This document shows, in pieces, positions 61,852-64,000 of a stretch of DNA of 64,000 nt. The translations under genes were made by a program, and so were the position numbers. The stretch is from contig DASXQR010000003.1 in the NCBI GenBank assembly GCA_036507075.1, forward strand, positions 43,232 to 107,231, written 5' to 3'. Every line of letters begins with the position of its first letter. Position 1 is the first letter of the stretch. Under the pieces are notes generated by a model that was not told where the DNA came from, did no database searches, and saw only the letters and a list, made by a program, of their open reading frames with translations. Source of the DNA: Acidobacteriota bacterium. GTDB taxonomy: Bacteria > Acidobacteriota > UBA6911 > JACQSX01.

Positions 61852-62322
61852 ATGATCCGAATGAGTAAACAGACCGACTATGGGATCGTCCTGCTGACGC
61901 ACCTGGCGAGTACGCCTGACGCATCGTACAGTGCTCGGGAACTGGCTGCAGTGATGCATCTTCCGCTGCCCATGGTGAGCAAGATCCTAAAGCTGTTGAC
62001 CAGAGAGGGCTTGCTGTTTTCTTACCGGGGCCCATCGGGAGGTTACCGTCTGGCTCGGCAGCCAAACCAGATAACAGTGGCGGAAATGATCAATGCTTTG
62101 GAAGGGCCCTTTGCTTTCATGGAGTGCATTGAAACGCCGGGGACCTGCAGGCAGGAGTCATTTTGTCCGGTACGAGGCAATTGGTACACGATCAACAGTA
62201 CCGTGGTCAGGGCACTCCGTGGAATCACATTGTCGGATATGACGGGCACCATACCCGGTATGCCAGGAGCAGGCGCAAGTCCGCAGCATCCCGGCGGCGG
62301 ACAATTGCCGGTCATCGCGTAA
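61852..62322 (+). CDS. Rrf2 family SUF-system regulator
   Basis: [21 protein letters not shown], three Cys ([15 protein letters not shown]); upstream of sufB. Confidence 0.9.
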   Translation: MIRMSKQTDYGIVLLTHLASTPDASYSARELAAVMHLPLPMVSKILKLLTREGLLFSYRGPSGGYRLARQPNQITVAEMINALEGPFAFMECIETPGTCRQESFCPVRGNWYTINSTVVRALRGITLSDMTGTIPGMPGAGASPQHPGGGQLPVIA

Positions 62323-62464
62323 GCGTTTCACGTCCGGTGTTATATCCTGGTCGGCCCTCTGCAGATTCTGTTCTCTCGGGTCGCAGGTGCAGCGCCGTCG
62401 GCTGTTGCAGGGTTGCAGCGCGCAGCGGAAAAGTTATTTTTGTTATCGAGGATCTAATAACATC

Positions 62465-63913
62465 ATGCCTACAGAGACAAAGGAAATTCAGGAACTGGCA
62501 AACCAGGAGTACAAATACGGTTTTCACACCGACATCGAGACTGAATCGGTTCCGCCTGGTTTAAACGAAGAAATTATTCGCCTGATTTCAGAAAAGAAGA
62601 ACGAGCCTGAGTTCATGCTGGAATGGCGGTTGAAGGCATACCGCCACTGGCTGACGATGGAAGAGCCGAAGTGGGCGAATATTCGCTATCCCTCCATCGA
62701 TTACCAGAGCATCATTTATTATTCAGCCCCCAAATCGCGGGCCGACGGGCCCCAGAGCCTGGACGAGGTCGATCCAAAGCTGCTGGAAACCTACAAGAAG
62801 CTGGGCGTGCCGCTGGAAGAGCAGGCGCTCCTTGCGGGAGTCGCCATAGACGCCGTGTTCGACAGCGTCTCGGTTGCCACTACCTTCAAGGAAAAGCTGG
62901 CCGGGCTGGGAATTATTTTCTGCTCATTCTCTGAGGCGGTGCAGAACCATCCCGATCTGGTGAAAAAGTATCTCGGTTCGGTGGTTCCGTACAGCGATAA
63001 CTTCTTTGCCACGCTGAATTCGGCGGTTTTCACCGACGGCTCCTTCGCCTACATTCCCAAAGGTGTGCGCTGTCCGATGGAGCTTTCCACCTACTTCCGT
63101 ATTAACGCGGCAAAAACGGGGCAGTTTGAACGGACTTTGATCATCGCCGAGGAAGGCAGTTACGTCAGCTATCTTGAAGGATGCACCGCCCCGATGCGAG
63201 ACGAAAACCAGCTCCACGCAGCCGTTGTCGAGCTGGTGGCGCTCGATGATGCTCAAATCAAGTATTCCACAATCCAGAACTGGTACCCGGGGGACAACGA
63301 AGGAAAGGGTGGAATTTACAACTTTGTCACCAAGCGCGGCAAGTGTCTGGGTGTGAACTCAAAGATCTCCTGGACTCAGGTGGAAACCGGTTCGGCGATC
63401 ACCTGGAAATATCCGAGCTGCATTTTGCAGGGGGACAACTCCATTGGTGAGTTCTATTCGGTCGCGCTGACCAAGGCAAGACAGCAGGCCGACACGGGCA
63501 CCAAGATGATCCACATTGGAAAGAACACGCGCAGCACCATCGTTGCGAAAGGAATATCGGCCGGCCATGGACAGAACACGTACCGCGGGCTGGTTAAGAT
63601 CCTCAAGGGAGCTGCCGGTGCCCGCAATTACACACAATGTGATTCGATGCTGATCGGTGATAAGTGCGGAGCGCACACGTTTCCCTACATCGAAATCAAG
63701 AACAGCACCGCGCACATGGAACATGAAGCTTCCACTTCGAAGATCGGAGAGGATCAGATTTTCTATCTGAAGCAGAGGGGTTTGTCCGCCGAGGATGCCG
63801 TGTCGATGATCGTGAACGGTTTCTGTAAAAAGGTCTTCAAGGAGCTGCCGATGGAGTTTGCTGTTGAGGCGCAAAAACTTCTCAGCGTAAGTCTTGAAGG
63901 CAGTGTTGGGTAG
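62465..63913 (+). CDS. sufB: Fe-S cluster assembly protein SufB
   Basis: [33 protein letters not shown] end; GAGG SD. Confidence 0.97.
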   Translation: MPTETKEIQELANQEYKYGFHTDIETESVPPGLNEEIIRLISEKKNEPEFMLEWRLKAYRHWLTMEEPKWANIRYPSIDYQSIIYYSAPKSRADGPQSLDEVDPKLLETYKKLGVPLEEQALLAGVAIDAVFDSVSVATTFKEKLAGLGIIFCSFSEAVQNHPDLVKKYLGSVVPYSDNFFATLNSAVFTDGSFAYIPKGVRCPMELSTYFRINAAKTGQFERTLIIAEEGSYVSYLEGCTAPMRDENQLHAAVVELVALDDAQIKYSTIQNWYPGDNEGKGGIYNFVTKRGKCLGVNSKISWTQVETGSAITWKYPSCILQGDNSIGEFYSVALTKARQQADTGTKMIHIGKNTRSTIVAKGISAGHGQNTYRGLVKILKGAAGARNYTQCDSMLIGDKCGAHTFPYIEIKNSTAHMEHEASTSKIGEDQIFYLKQRGLSAEDAVSMIVNGFCKKVFKELPMEFAVEAQKLLSVSLEGSVG

Positions 63914-63916
63914 CGG

Positions 63917-64000
63917 AAGGCAGAAGGCAGAAGGCAGAAGGCAGAAGGCAGAAGGCAGAAGGCAGAAGGCAGAAGGCAGAAGGCAGAAGGCAGAAGGCAG
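63917..64000 (+). repeat. Perfect (AAGGCAG)12 array running off the window end
   Basis: 84 nt of identical heptamers after the sufB stop. Confidence 0.95.

Overview
A roughly 57% GC bacterial chromosome segment. Gene content and order suggest Acidobacteriota (inference). It carries: (i) an envelope-biogenesis cluster (lolE-lolD-clpC-bamA-skp-lpxD-fabZ-lpxA-lpxI, a Gfo/Idh/MocA oxidoreductase, SpoIID/LytB, miaA, gatB); (ii) a mixed middle region (DUF4870, yidD-like, DUF1549/1553 plus DUF1501, TetR, a GMC oxidoreductase pair, thioredoxin-TPR, Cld-like protein, HlyD-ABC exporter, M28 peptidase, FGE-family protein, PLP decarboxylase, cyclophilin); (iii) a complete alternative complex III plus type-A2 caa3 oxidase operon (actABCDEFG-sco-coxBACD); (iv) an Rrf2 regulator and sufB. 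I found no rRNA, tRNA, CRISPR array or transposase. The outstanding feature is non-coding. Most gene junctions hold short elements whose arms are degenerate 6-, 7-, 8- or 9-mer tandem repeats in inverted orientation, and these are often nested with several REP/REPIN-like hairpin families. Inside the respiratory operon, several of these inserts are bridged by chains of tiny ORFs joined by ATGA stop/start overlaps, or have been absorbed in frame into protein termini. This looks like a mechanism, or a selective filter, that preserves translational coupling across repeat insertions. It is a hypothesis from sequence reading only.
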